Positions 27,903 to 36,720 of a DNA stretch of 64,000 nt are shown here, one piece after another. The notes beneath the pieces are model-generated. The model was not told the origin of the DNA. It saw only the letters and a program-made list of their open reading frames with translations, and did no database searches. How positions within the stretch are numbered: the stretch's first letter is position 1; each line of letters begins with the position of its first letter. The stretch comes from a virus. A program made the translations under genes and the position numbers. Location of the stretch: IMG/VR virus record IMGVR_UViG_3300024346_006511, positions 92,127 through 156,126 of that record; one strand, 5' to 3'.

Positions 27903-28759
27903 TTCTTTGTTAAACTGCTTAGATCTATAAATTTATGAAAATTAATGCAATTACGCAACATTTCTATTTCTACATCGTAGGGATGGTCAGGAGAATTAGT
28001 TTTATACCATTTTTTTAATGGACCATAATGTCTAAACCATTGCCATGAATCTTCAATAGTCCATATACCGTCTGAGTTAACATTGCTCCATTTCCAATTA
28101 TTGCAGTCCCATTCTGTAGAGATTACAGCTCTATGTTCTACTTTATTTTTTACTAGTAAGTGTTTTAAGAGTAGCTGTTCTGCAAATATTAAGTACCTAG
28201 AATTAGGTGCTTTTAAAACAGTAAATTCTTCCATTAACTTAAGACTTAAGTTTGCGTATTCTTGAGTAAATACTGGATCTGGAAGATATAAGAAAGAGAC
28301 GTTAACAGACTCAGTTTTCCATCTTGGCTTATAAGATAGTCCTCTAATTAAAGGATCAAGTGAAGTAGGGTAATAACCTCTACCGAATTCTCTATTAGAA
28401 AATAAAACTTGATCTTTTACTATGTTGTGTTTGAAAGGCTTGAATACTAACGTGTCGCAGTCCATTATAATAACTGGTTCAGTCTGTAAAGCTAATACTT
28501 GAAGTTTAGAACTAGCCCAGAAATTAGTCTTATCAATAGGTCTGTCGTTGAAGTCAATGATTTCTATATTATCGTATAGAGATTGAACTCCAAGTTCTGT
28601 TATGAGTGAATGAGTTAATTCATCACAATATAACCATGTATCATCTTCAGGATGATTTCGTTTCCATAAACTTACTGAGGCCAGCATTAGTAAGGTGTTA
28701 AACTTACTGTAATCTTCTCTCTGTTTATTTATGTTTTCATAAACCCATATTATTTTCAA
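27899..28759 (-). CDS. GT-A fold glycosyltransferase-like protein (DUF6734-like), TTG start
   Basis: FWASSKL...QTEPVIIMDCD (DxD), FAEQLLL. Confidence 0.55.
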   Translation of the reverse strand: MKIIWVYENINKQREDYSKFNTLLMLASVSLWKRNHPEDDTWLYCDELTHSLITELGVQSLYDNIEIIDFNDRPIDKTNFWASSKLQVLALQTEPVIIMDCDTLVFKPFKHNIVKDQVLFSNREFGRGYYPTSLDPLIRGLSYKPRWKTESVNVSFLYLPDPVFTQEYANLSLKLMEEFTVLKAPNSRYLIFAEQLLLKHLLVKNKVEHRAVISTEWDCNNWKWSNVNSDGIWTIEDSWQWFRHYGPLKKWYKTNSPDHPYDVEIEMLRNCINFHKFIDLSSLTKK

Positions 28760-28781
28760 ATTAAAACCTTTTTAGTTATTT

Positions 28782-29261
28782 TTATGGTGATACGTGTGTA
28801 GTTGTAAAGTAAGCGTAGAAAGTAGTAACGCTATCATGTGCAGAAGATGTTAGGGATATAGTACCTGTTGTAGTACCTGCTCCGGTAGTACTTAATGCAG
28901 TTCCTCCTCCTTCTGAAGCATCTCTAAAAGAATGGAATGTATAAGGGTATGTAGCTGTTGCAGTTAAAGTAACAGATGATATAGTATTATAGTTAACGTT
29001 TAGTAACGTATGTGTAGTAAAAGCTGCTTGAGAATATCCTGCAGTTACAGCAACTGTTCCTCCTGTTTCAGATACTACGTTTCCGTATAGAAATTTATTT
29101 CCTCGAAGTTCAGATACTGAGTGTGGAGCAGTATCTGCTGGTTCTAATCCTGTCATAACAGTCGTTAAGCTTATATTGCTGTTGCTGCTATATGCATTAG
29201 ACCAGGCATCAAATGAATTAAATGATACGGGTAAATTACTTGCATAGTTGTATACTGCCAT
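28782..29261 (-). CDS. Ser/Thr-rich virion protein, possible fibre-tip adhesin
   Basis: 159 aa, Thr/Ser/Gly-rich; follows the fibre and a putative chaperone. Confidence 0.45.
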   Translation of the reverse strand: MAVYNYASNLPVSFNSFDAWSNAYSSNSNISLTTVMTGLEPADTAPHSVSELRGNKFLYGNVVSETGGTVAVTAGYSQAAFTTHTLLNVNYNTISSVTLTATATYPYTFHSFRDASEGGGTALSTTGAGTTTGTISLTSSAHDSVTTFYAYFTTTHVSP

Positions 29262-29265
29262 CTTA

Positions 29266-29814
29266 TTATATTTTTTCTATTTTATCTATAGGAAACAATT
29301 CTGACAACTTATTTTTAATAATTCCATATGCATATTCATATAAATTATTTAGGACCTGAGTATTTATTACTTCTTTTTTCTCTTTATAAGAACCTGTTTT
29401 TACTTCTTTTACTACTAGCTCATCCCTGTACTTTGTTACTTCGTCTCCGTTAGAGTCGAAACTTACATAAGGAATTTGCTCTATAACTTCCTTCTGTTCA
29501 TAAGTAGGAAATTCTATCTCTTCTATCTCAGCTAATGAAGCTTTAAATAGAATTGGTATACTAACTTCAACACCTTCACTCTCAGGTGAATCGTAGTATA
29601 AAACATCTGCAGGAACTAATCCTTCAGCATTTTTTAAGGGCTCATCTAAATACTTTCTATTGAACGCATGAGCTTTATCTATATTTAACCAAGTCGTAGT
29701 AGTTAATACTAACTCACTAGTTACTTTATTGAAGCGGTAGTTATCAATTCTAACATATGCTTCTTGTGTTGGACCGGATCCCGTTTCGAGATCTATATTT
29801 AATCTAAAACCCAT
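29266..29814 (-). CDS. Hypothetical protein, possible fibre assembly factor
   Basis: 182 aa; directly downstream of the S74-type fibre. Confidence 0.45.
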   Translation of the reverse strand: MGFRLNIDLETGSGPTQEAYVRIDNYRFNKVTSELVLTTTTWLNIDKAHAFNRKYLDEPLKNAEGLVPADVLYYDSPESEGVEVSIPILFKASLAEIEEIEFPTYEQKEVIEQIPYVSFDSNGDEVTKYRDELVVKEVKTGSYKEKKEVINTQVLNNLYEYAYGIIKNKLSELFPIDKIEKI

Positions 29815-29827
29815 TCTTTTATTTATT

Positions 29828-32800
29828 TTAACAGTTGCATTTATTTTCTAACTTATCTACTTTAGCAGATAATTCTTTTACTGCTTCTATTAGTACTGCA
29901 TTTAATTTAATATAATCAACTGCTAAGTATCCATTATCTCTTTCATGAACTAGTTCTGGATACTGTGCTTGCAGCTCTTGTGCTTTTACTCCAATATCAT
30001 GTCCTGTCTTACTAACAACGTCTTCGATTCCGTCTTTCCAATCAAATTCGTATCCTCCGATTGCATTTACTTTATCTAAAGCCCCTGTTAGTGGTGCAAA
30101 GTTTTCTTTTAATCTTTCATCAGAAGAATAGTATGCTGTAATATCTCCTGCTGCTCTAATCTCACCTGCTGTAGAAGACGCTCCTGTTCCTATACCTAAA
30201 GCGTTAAACTGTACATTGTCGTCTGTATCAATAGATAAACTTCCTCTTGATTGATCTCCTGTGTTTGTTCCTGAGTTTGTTCCGGTTATGTCACTGGTTA
30301 ATGCTATAGTACCCTCTGCTAGAGGAAGTGTCCAAGCATAGCTAGTATTCCCAGTAGTTGGGAAGTTTAAAGTTCCTGCTCCAGTACCACCAGTAAATAC
30401 ACGAAGTCGATCATTTGATGAATCGATTTCTATCAGAGCCATGTTTGTTGACTGAGCTGTTATTATACCGTTAGGATTTAGTGAAGCATTTGATTCATTT
30501 GGCGATACTCCTGCTCCAGTCCTTACGATAGCAGTTCCTGTTAACATACCAGAAAACGTATCTGCTTGATCACTTCTTAGGAACGATGTACTGTCAACAC
30601 CATCAAGCTTTTCAGAATCTGCTGCTTTACCGGAAGTTGTTAAGTATCCACTTAAATCTTGATCTGCAGTTGCATTCTCTTCAATACCATCTAATTTACC
30701 ATGGTCTGCATCTGTAAATACATTTGAATCATCTGCTGCCTCAACTGCTGCTCTAACTTCTGCGTCACTTAATTGTGTATTGGTTGTAGTATCTGGTGAT
30801 GTGATAGTTACTATGTAAGGACTTGCAGATGTTCCAGTTCCTGTTGTGTTTGTTCCTAATGTACCTGTTGCTGCTACAAACTTAATAAACTTGCCTTGAC
30901 CGATTGTTACATCATCATTATCATCATCTCTTAAACTCCAAGTAGTAAGTTGGTTTGTATTTGTATCTGTGTTTGTAGTATAAGATGGAGTTCTGTATAC
31001 ACCGTCATGAGCTAAGAAGGTTCCTGCTGAACCAGCTGCTGGTACAAAGTTACTGTTACCTGTACCTACTAAGGTTCTAATATCTGCTGCTGTTTGATCT
31101 GCAGTTGCATTCTCTTCAATTCCATCTAACTTAGTCTTATCACCGTTACCAAAAGCTCCTTCACTTGGTTGAACTTGATAAGAACTTAAATCTTGATCTC
31201 CGGTTGCTCCTGCTTCTATATTATCTAACTTAGTCTTATCACCGTTAACGAAAGCACCTTCACTTGGTTGTAATTGGTATGCACTAAGATCTTGATCTGC
31301 TGTTGCATTAGCTTCAATACCTGTTAGTTTAGTATGATCGGTTGCTGACATTACACCAGAAACACTATCTGTAGCTACTGGTATTACTGCGTTAGTACCG
31401 TCTGAAGATGTAATTGTTCTAGCACCTGTTGTACCAGTTATACCTAAATTTGTTGTAACGTTCTCTGTTACAGTAACAACACCTGTACCACCGTTAACGC
31501 TTGTTACAGCATCGGTTGGAGTTGCTAATAACGTATAGTCTGCCATAGTTCCAGCAGTACCACCGTTATGCATATATGTTTTATTCTCATCAGATCTAAC
31601 AACAACGTCACCTTCTTGTGCTGTTAATGCTAAATGAGCTGTTTGATTGGCTGCTGTCTGTACAGTTGTTAATGCTGTAGCTGCCATATTAGATACCGGT
31701 AAGGTACCTGTTACATCAGTTGATAAGTTAATTGCATTTCTAGTAAGAACCTGTCCTGATAATGTTACATAGTCTAATGAACCTCCTAAGGATACATCTG
31801 TTGAGTTATCAGTACCAGCTGCATCTACTCCTATATTACTTCTTATAGTTCCTTTATTACTATTAGATATACTTGTTGATGCTACTACTGCTGCAACGAT
31901 TTCTGCATTAGATTGATCTGCTGTTGCATTAGCTTCTATACCATCTAATTTAGTTTTGTCTCCATTAGCAAAAGCTCCTTCTGAAGGTTGTACCTGGTAA
32001 GAACTTAAATCCTGATCTGCAGTTGCTCCTGCTTCTATATTATCTAATTTAGTTTTATCACCATTAACAAAAGCACCTTCACTTGGCTGAACTTGGTATG
32101 AACTTAAATCTTGATCTGCTGTTGCACCTGTTTCAATACCGTCTAACTTAGTTTTATCACCGTTAGCAAAAGCTCCTTCTGAAGGTTTTAATTGATATGA
32201 AGTTAAATCTTGATCTGCTGTTGCACCTGTTTCAATACCGTCTAATTTATCAAACATTTCGTCTGACATAATACCCCAGTTATCTGTAGTAGCTAAAGTT
32301 AATGCTACATTAGTACCGTCTGAGGAATTAATTGAGAATCCAGTTCCACTTACTGTTTTAGATAAGTTAGTAGTTACGTTAGATACTTTTGCGGTGTTTG
32401 CATCAATTTCATCGAATAAACCTGGTGATAAAAGACCAGATGCACTTGTTGTAGCGATTGGAATAACAGCATTAGTACCGTCAGATGAAACAATTGTTCT
32501 AGCACCTGTTGTACCAGTTATAGATAAATTTGTAGTTACGTTGTGATTAACATCCGTTTCTTTAGCGTTGTTAAGAACGTGTTCGTCAAATATTGCTTTA
32601 GACATTACACCCGATACGCTTGTTGTAGCGATTGGAATAACAGCATCAGTACCATCTGAAGAAACTATTGTTCTAGCTCCAGTTGTGCCTGTAATACTTA
32701 AATTTGTTGTAACGTTAGTTACCTTATCGTTGTTGTCTGAGATATTACCAATTTCTGTAGAACTAATAGTTCTAGTATTTCCTGCGAGTGCAGTAGTATT

Positions 32801-33385
32801 GGTTGATCCTAATTGTAAAGTCGTTACTGAACCTCCTAATGAGATGGCTGAACCATCTATTGATATAGAAGAGTTTGTTAGTTGATCGTTTGCTAAACCG
32901 GTAACTTGATCTGACCCTGAGAATATAGTAGGTAGATTAGTAAGGTTAGGGAAACTATATGTTGAGTTACTTGAAAGGTTTACGCTAGATAACGTAGCGT
33001 CAGTATTCAATACTGCTAAGCTTCCTAGTCCAAGGGAAGTTCTAACTGTATTTCCGCTCTCTAAAACAAATGAAGATCCTGCTCCAACAATGAATGTACT
33101 GTCAGTAGGATTTAAATTTGATATGTCATTTAAGTTTTCGTGATAAGCCTGTACGTCTGTACCGATTACTGATCCGATTTGTGCTCTTGCTTGTGCAGAT
33201 GAACCGGAAACTAATCCGTTTGGTCTATTTAGTATGTTTGCATACTCTACACTGTCTGCTGTTAAGCCGGTAAAATTACCGACTCCTGTGAATGAACCAG
33301 AAAATGAACCTGTAAATGCCGAGTCAGAGACTCCTGATCCGGATTGGAAGGTTAAATTTGATACTTTAGGACTATCTATTCTCAT
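29828..33385 (-). CDS. Long tail fibre with C-terminal intramolecular chaperone (peptidase S74)
   Basis: YSSDERLKEN...GVKAQE...VDYIKL..VLIEAVKEL; repetitive shaft. Confidence 0.88.
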   Translation of the reverse strand: MRIDSPKVSNLTFQSGSGVSDSAFTGSFSGSFTGVGNFTGLTADSVEYANILNRPNGLVSGSSAQARAQIGSVIGTDVQAYHENLNDISNLNPTDSTFIVGAGSSFVLESGNTVRTSLGLGSLAVLNTDATLSSVNLSSNSTYSFPNLTNLPTIFSGSDQVTGLANDQLTNSSISIDGSAISLGGSVTTLQLGSTNTTALAGNTRTISSTEIGNISDNNDKVTNVTTNLSITGTTGARTIVSSDGTDAVIPIATTSVSGVMSKAIFDEHVLNNAKETDVNHNVTTNLSITGTTGARTIVSSDGTNAVIPIATTSASGLLSPGLFDEIDANTAKVSNVTTNLSKTVSGTGFSINSSDGTNVALTLATTDNWGIMSDEMFDKLDGIETGATADQDLTSYQLKPSEGAFANGDKTKLDGIETGATADQDLSSYQVQPSEGAFVNGDKTKLDNIEAGATADQDLSSYQVQPSEGAFANGDKTKLDGIEANATADQSNAEIVAAVVASTSISNSNKGTIRSNIGVDAAGTDNSTDVSLGGSLDYVTLSGQVLTRNAINLSTDVTGTLPVSNMAATALTTVQTAANQTAHLALTAQEGDVVVRSDENKTYMHNGGTAGTMADYTLLATPTDAVTSVNGGTGVVTVTENVTTNLGITGTTGARTITSSDGTNAVIPVATDSVSGVMSATDHTKLTGIEANATADQDLSAYQLQPSEGAFVNGDKTKLDNIEAGATGDQDLSSYQVQPSEGAFGNGDKTKLDGIEENATADQTAADIRTLVGTGNSNFVPAAGSAGTFLAHDGVYRTPSYTTNTDTNTNQLTTWSLRDDDNDDVTIGQGKFIKFVAATGTLGTNTTGTGTSASPYIVTITSPDTTTNTQLSDAEVRAAVEAADDSNVFTDADHGKLDGIEENATADQDLSGYLTTSGKAADSEKLDGVDSTSFLRSDQADTFSGMLTGTAIVRTGAGVSPNESNASLNPNGIITAQSTNMALIEIDSSNDRLRVFTGGTGAGTLNFPTTGNTSYAWTLPLAEGTIALTSDITGTNSGTNTGDQSRGSLSIDTDDNVQFNALGIGTGASSTAGEIRAAGDITAYYSSDERLKENFAPLTGALDKVNAIGGYEFDWKDGIEDVVSKTGHDIGVKAQELQAQYPELVHERDNGYLAVDYIKLNAVLIEAVKELSAKVDKLENKCNC
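31094..31335 (-). repeat. Second array of the same 99-bp repeat, about 2.4 units
   Basis: Same unit as 31913-32251; another partial copy near 30660-30700. Confidence 0.85.
31913..32251 (-). repeat. 99-bp (33-aa) tandem coding repeat DKTKLDGIE.GATADQDLSSYQVQPSEGAF.NG, about 3.4 units
   Basis: Near-identical units visible in DNA and protein. Confidence 0.9.
32285..32720 (-). repeat. Three copies of a ~52-55-aa repeat VTTNLS.TGTTGARTI.SSDGT.AVIP.ATT; a fourth copy near 31340-31460
   Basis: Visible in translation and DNA. Confidence 0.8.
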
Positions 33386-33413
33386 TACTTTATTTTATTT
33401 GAGTTATCTTATT

Positions 33414-33421
33414 TATAAATA
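33414..33421 (-). promoter_or_regulatory. Putative late promoter TATTTATA (long fibre and downstream glycan genes)
   Basis: Recurrent motif. Confidence 0.7.
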
Positions 33422-33422
33422 T

Positions 33423-33752
33423 CTACTTTTTTACAACAACCGTTCCACTAAATTCATCAGAAAATAGTACTCTGGTTCTAGAAGAACTGATTGATATTAT
33501 ATCTTTTGGGATAACCTGATATCCGTTAGCATCATATACCTGTACTATAGGATATGGCTCGGATAAATTATGATCTATATTATATGAAAGGGAACCTCCA
33601 ACTACAGATTTAGTGAAGGTTGATGGTATGCTTAAATTGCTTAAAGAAGAACCGTCTCCACTAAAAGCGTTAGCAGCGACTGTACCTATTACAGTAAGAG
33701 AATTTAGGTTAGCGTCAGAACCGCTAGTTATTAGTTTTTTCCAATTTGGCAT
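33423..33752 (-). CDS. Small fibre-family protein (WKK..SGS N-terminus, HNL..VQVYD domain)
   Basis: MPNWKKLITSGS; shares modules with neighbouring fibre genes. Confidence 0.7.
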   Translation of the reverse strand: MPNWKKLITSGSDANLNSLTVIGTVAANAFSGDGSSLSNLSIPSTFTKSVVGGSLSYNIDHNLSEPYPIVQVYDANGYQVIPKDIISISSSRTRVLFSDEFSGTVVVKK

Positions 33753-33760
33753 GTTACTTA

Positions 33761-33811
33761 TATTACGGTTGGTAACTCTTTCGAGCCCACTTCCTATTAA
33801 GGCCTATAATA
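33761..33811 (-). ncRNA. Candidate structured 5' leader RNA (three-way junction)
   Basis: Minus strand TATTATAGG-CCT TAAT AGG-AAG-TGG GCTC GAAA GAGT TA CCA-A-CCGTAATA, between promoter motif and ATG. Confidence 0.55.
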
Positions 33812-33819
33812 GCTTTAAA

Positions 33820-33827
33820 TATAAATA
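33820..33827 (-). promoter_or_regulatory. Putative late promoter TATTTATA (upstream of structured leader)
   Basis: Recurrent motif. Confidence 0.7.
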
Positions 33828-33852
33828 TCGGTAAAAAAAGTTAAATAAGCAA

Positions 33853-34056
33853 CTACTTTTTAAGTAAATTGGAAAGTTTAGAAAATACTACATAGAATAG
33901 TTCAAACTCTGCTCCTTTAAAATTAGCTTGTCTAAGTTTAGTGAGTATGAATTGTATTTCCTGTTGTGTGAGATCAGTATTAACAGCCTCGTCTTTTTGC
34001 ATCTTATCTTTAGCTGCTTTTCCTGTCAATATTTTACCTTTATTTATAAACGCCAT
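33853..34056 (-). CDS. Small hypothetical protein (start reassigned to MAFINKG)
   Basis: ATG at 34056 has an A-rich upstream region and avoids overlap with the upstream gene. Confidence 0.6.
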   Translation of the reverse strand: MAFINKGKILTGKAAKDKMQKDEAVNTDLTQQEIQFILTKLRQANFKGAEFELFYVVFSKLSNLLKK

Positions 34057-34072
34057 TTTTTTAAATAACTTC

Positions 34073-35209
34073 TTAAGAATAGATGAAAATTGTTCCACTG
34101 TCTATTTTGATATTACCATTTTTTTGATATTCTGAAATGTCTGCATGTCCTGCATCTATATCTACTACTGCTGAAGCGAATGCTGATGGAGTAGCTGTTG
34201 TTGCATTTTGTGCTAATGATTCTACGTATCCAAATCTTGAACCATCAAATACGTAAGCATGACCTTCTCCGCTTCCTTCATCAATTACTAAACCTCCTAC
34301 GTCTGGATTTGCTGAACCAGAGTTAAGTAGGATAAATTTATCTTCTACTAATAGGTTTGCTGTTTGTACTGATGTTGTTGTGCCTTGTACTACAAGATCT
34401 CCAGTTAAAGTTAAGTCTGCAAATTCTACATTGTTAGTTGTACCTAAGCCTAATTGAGCAGACGAAGATACTAATCCATCGATGTTAAATAAATTTGCAT
34501 CTATTTGAGCTGAAGATGAAATAATACCGGAAGGTATGTTCTGTACTTCTGTATAGCTAATCTGTGCTGATGATGATAAGAAAGTAGGTCTGTTAATTAT
34601 GTTTGCATAAGGAATAGATCCAGATACAATATGACCACCTTTCCCTACTATCACTCTACCACTTGTAGGGTCGCTAAAGGTAACTGTTAATACGTTATCA
34701 CTTGTAGTGACTACGCTAGCAGGTATCATCATGGCATCATTGCCATCGTATACCGTTGCTACAATATTTTTGGACTCGAAGTTGTGAGTAACTGCTACTG
34801 TTGTCTGATTTGTAAAAGTATTAATAACGGTAGCTGATTGATCAACTGTAATGTTAGAAATATTAGAACCGTCTCCTACAAAAGCTGTTGCTGTTACTGT
34901 TCCTGATCCAAAATCAACACTATTATTATTTAGTGTAGCTTCAACTTGAGTTGACGAAGATATTATTCCGTTAGGAACATTTGATAATTCAGTATAATCT
35001 GAGGTTAATCCGTCAAATCTAGATGCAATAGAACCAGATAGGGAAGTAAAAGAACCGGAAATATCAGAAGCGATTTCTCCAGAGTTATGAATAACGCCAG
35101 TTATGTTAGCTCCAGCTCCACTAAATGAAGAGGCTGCTACATTATTATCTACTACTATAGAATTTAATTCGGGCGATGATCCGCTGACAATTACTTTTTT
35201 CCAGGTCAT
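34073..35209 (-). CDS. Fibre/appendage protein (WKK..SGS family)
   Basis: MTWKKVIVSGS; THNF..VYD domain; C-terminal DKFILLNSGSANPD domain. Confidence 0.7.
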   Translation of the reverse strand: MTWKKVIVSGSSPELNSIVVDNNVAASSFSGAGANITGVIHNSGEIASDISGSFTSLSGSIASRFDGLTSDYTELSNVPNGIISSSTQVEATLNNNSVDFGSGTVTATAFVGDGSNISNITVDQSATVINTFTNQTTVAVTHNFESKNIVATVYDGNDAMMIPASVVTTSDNVLTVTFSDPTSGRVIVGKGGHIVSGSIPYANIINRPTFLSSSAQISYTEVQNIPSGIISSSAQIDANLFNIDGLVSSSAQLGLGTTNNVEFADLTLTGDLVVQGTTTSVQTANLLVEDKFILLNSGSANPDVGGLVIDEGSGEGHAYVFDGSRFGYVESLAQNATTATPSAFASAVVDIDAGHADISEYQKNGNIKIDSGTIFIYS

Positions 35210-35251
35210 TTTATATTGTTTTATTTTGTAATAACTGTAACTAAATTAAAG

Positions 35252-35286
35252 GGCATGTAGGGGAGCGGTGAGACTCCCCATTAGCC
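35252..35286 (-). promoter_or_regulatory. GC-rich intergenic hairpin (GGGGAG/CTCCCC), terminator/attenuator or processing site
   Basis: Inverted repeat 35260-35279 with outer GGC/GCC pairing in an AT-rich spacer. Confidence 0.55.
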
Positions 35287-35307
35287 AATAATTATTATTT
35301 GTTTTAT

Positions 35308-36651
35308 TTACACATATATAAAGATATCATCTGAAGAGTCAACTTTCATGTTACCTCTCTTGTGATATTCTGCGTCAGTAATGTCATGTGCTACATTATC
35401 TTGATCTACTACTAAAGCTACATAAGCTTCTGAGTTAGCTGAAGTTGCTGTTGAAGATACACTTTGGTTAATACCAAATCTTCCGTCGCCTTCGTCATAT
35501 ATAAGTCCGTGACCTGTTCCTGAACCTTCATCGATAATAATACCACCTTGATCTGGATTAGCTGATCCTGAGTTAAGAAGTATAAATTTATCTTTAATTG
35601 CTGTGTTAGTCGTACTTAGAGTTGTTGTAGTACCTTGTACTGTTAAGTCTCCAGTTACAACTTGATTTCCGTTGATAGTTAATCCTGCAAATGTAGGACT
35701 ATCTGCTGATTGTAATCCTGTATCGATATCACCACCATTAACTCCATTTATAGTAGCTCTTACTGTACCTTGAGAAGGTGAAGTAAATGCTGAAGCTGAA
35801 ACGATTCCGTTTGCGATATCAATTGCTACTTTATTATCAGATACTGTAGTAGTAACACCTAATCCTCCTTCGAAAGTTAATTTCTGACCACCTGCTACAA
35901 CATCGTCATTACCTACATCTGCTCCAACTGTAAATGAAGTTGCAATTGCTGCTGTACTTGCTGCTGTAATACGTCCTTGATCATCAACTGTAAAAGTTGG
36001 TACTGCTGTAGTACTACCGTAAGATCCAGCTGTTACTGCTGTATTAGCTAATTTAGCTGCTGTTACTTGATCATCTCCAATGTGTGCTGTATCGATAGCA
36101 CCATCTACAAAATGCTCACTATTAATTGAGTTGTCAGCGATCTTGTCTCCGTTTACTGCATCAGCTGCTATTTCATCAGTACCTACTGCTGAATCTGCTA
36201 AATGAGAGTTAGCAATACCTCCTGCTTTAACTCTAACTGCTCCAGTACCGTCTGTTGCAGATAATTCAATAGACGAACCATCTACTGTGACTTCTAATTC
36301 ATCGGCGTTGGCTGTAATACCGTCTCCACCGACTACATTAACTGTTAAGTCTCCTGAAGCTCCACCGCCTGTAAGACCTGTACCAGCTGTTACGCCAGTT
36401 ACGTCTCCAGCGTTAGCTACGAAGTTTAATTTTCCTGTTGTGTCATCATAGGTGACTGTGATGTTTGTTTCTGTTCCGCCATCTACCATAGCTCCGACGA
36501 TATCTTCAATACCTTCGTTTCTACCTGTAATGTTTGCGAATGTTAAGTTGGTCAAACTTGAACCGTCTCCGTTTGTTGCTAAAAAATTAGCGTCATTCGA
36601 TAGTTGGGACACACCACTTCCCGAGACAATGACCTTTTTCCATGTTGCCAT
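35308..36651 (-). CDS. Fibre/appendage protein (WKK..SGS family)
   Basis: MATWKKVIVSGS; AV..KIA shaft repeats; C-terminal domain paralogous to 34073-35209. Confidence 0.7.
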   Translation of the reverse strand: MATWKKVIVSGSGVSQLSNDANFLATNGDGSSLTNLTFANITGRNEGIEDIVGAMVDGGTETNITVTYDDTTGKLNFVANAGDVTGVTAGTGLTGGGASGDLTVNVVGGDGITANADELEVTVDGSSIELSATDGTGAVRVKAGGIANSHLADSAVGTDEIAADAVNGDKIADNSINSEHFVDGAIDTAHIGDDQVTAAKLANTAVTAGSYGSTTAVPTFTVDDQGRITAASTAAIATSFTVGADVGNDDVVAGGQKLTFEGGLGVTTTVSDNKVAIDIANGIVSASAFTSPSQGTVRATINGVNGGDIDTGLQSADSPTFAGLTINGNQVVTGDLTVQGTTTTLSTTNTAIKDKFILLNSGSANPDQGGIIIDEGSGTGHGLIYDEGDGRFGINQSVSSTATSANSEAYVALVVDQDNVAHDITDAEYHKRGNMKVDSSDDIFIYV

Positions 36652-36704
36652 AATAATTATTTAAATTGTGTTTTTAGTTTTAACTCATTTTGAGTTGTTA
36701 TATT

Positions 36705-36712
36705 AATAAATA
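36705..36712 (-). promoter_or_regulatory. Putative late promoter variant TATTTATT
   Basis: One mismatch; same CTATTTAT context. Confidence 0.55.
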
Positions 36713-36720
36713 GTCCTATG

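Noticed and set aside
5423-28759. Glycan cluster as a DNA hypermodification system or a captured host LPS/capsule island
   Set aside because: No base-modifying or nucleotide enzymes and no flippase, polymerase or export genes seen; it lies in the late virion operon on the same strand. Not fully excluded, because partner genes could lie outside the window
31094-32251. Regular repeats resembling a CRISPR array
   Set aside because: In-frame 99-bp coding repeats with synonymous variation, no unique spacers and no cas genes
33853-34098. 81-aa version of the ORF starting at 34098
   Set aside because: It overlaps the upstream gene by 26 nt; the ATG at 34056 has a better A-rich context
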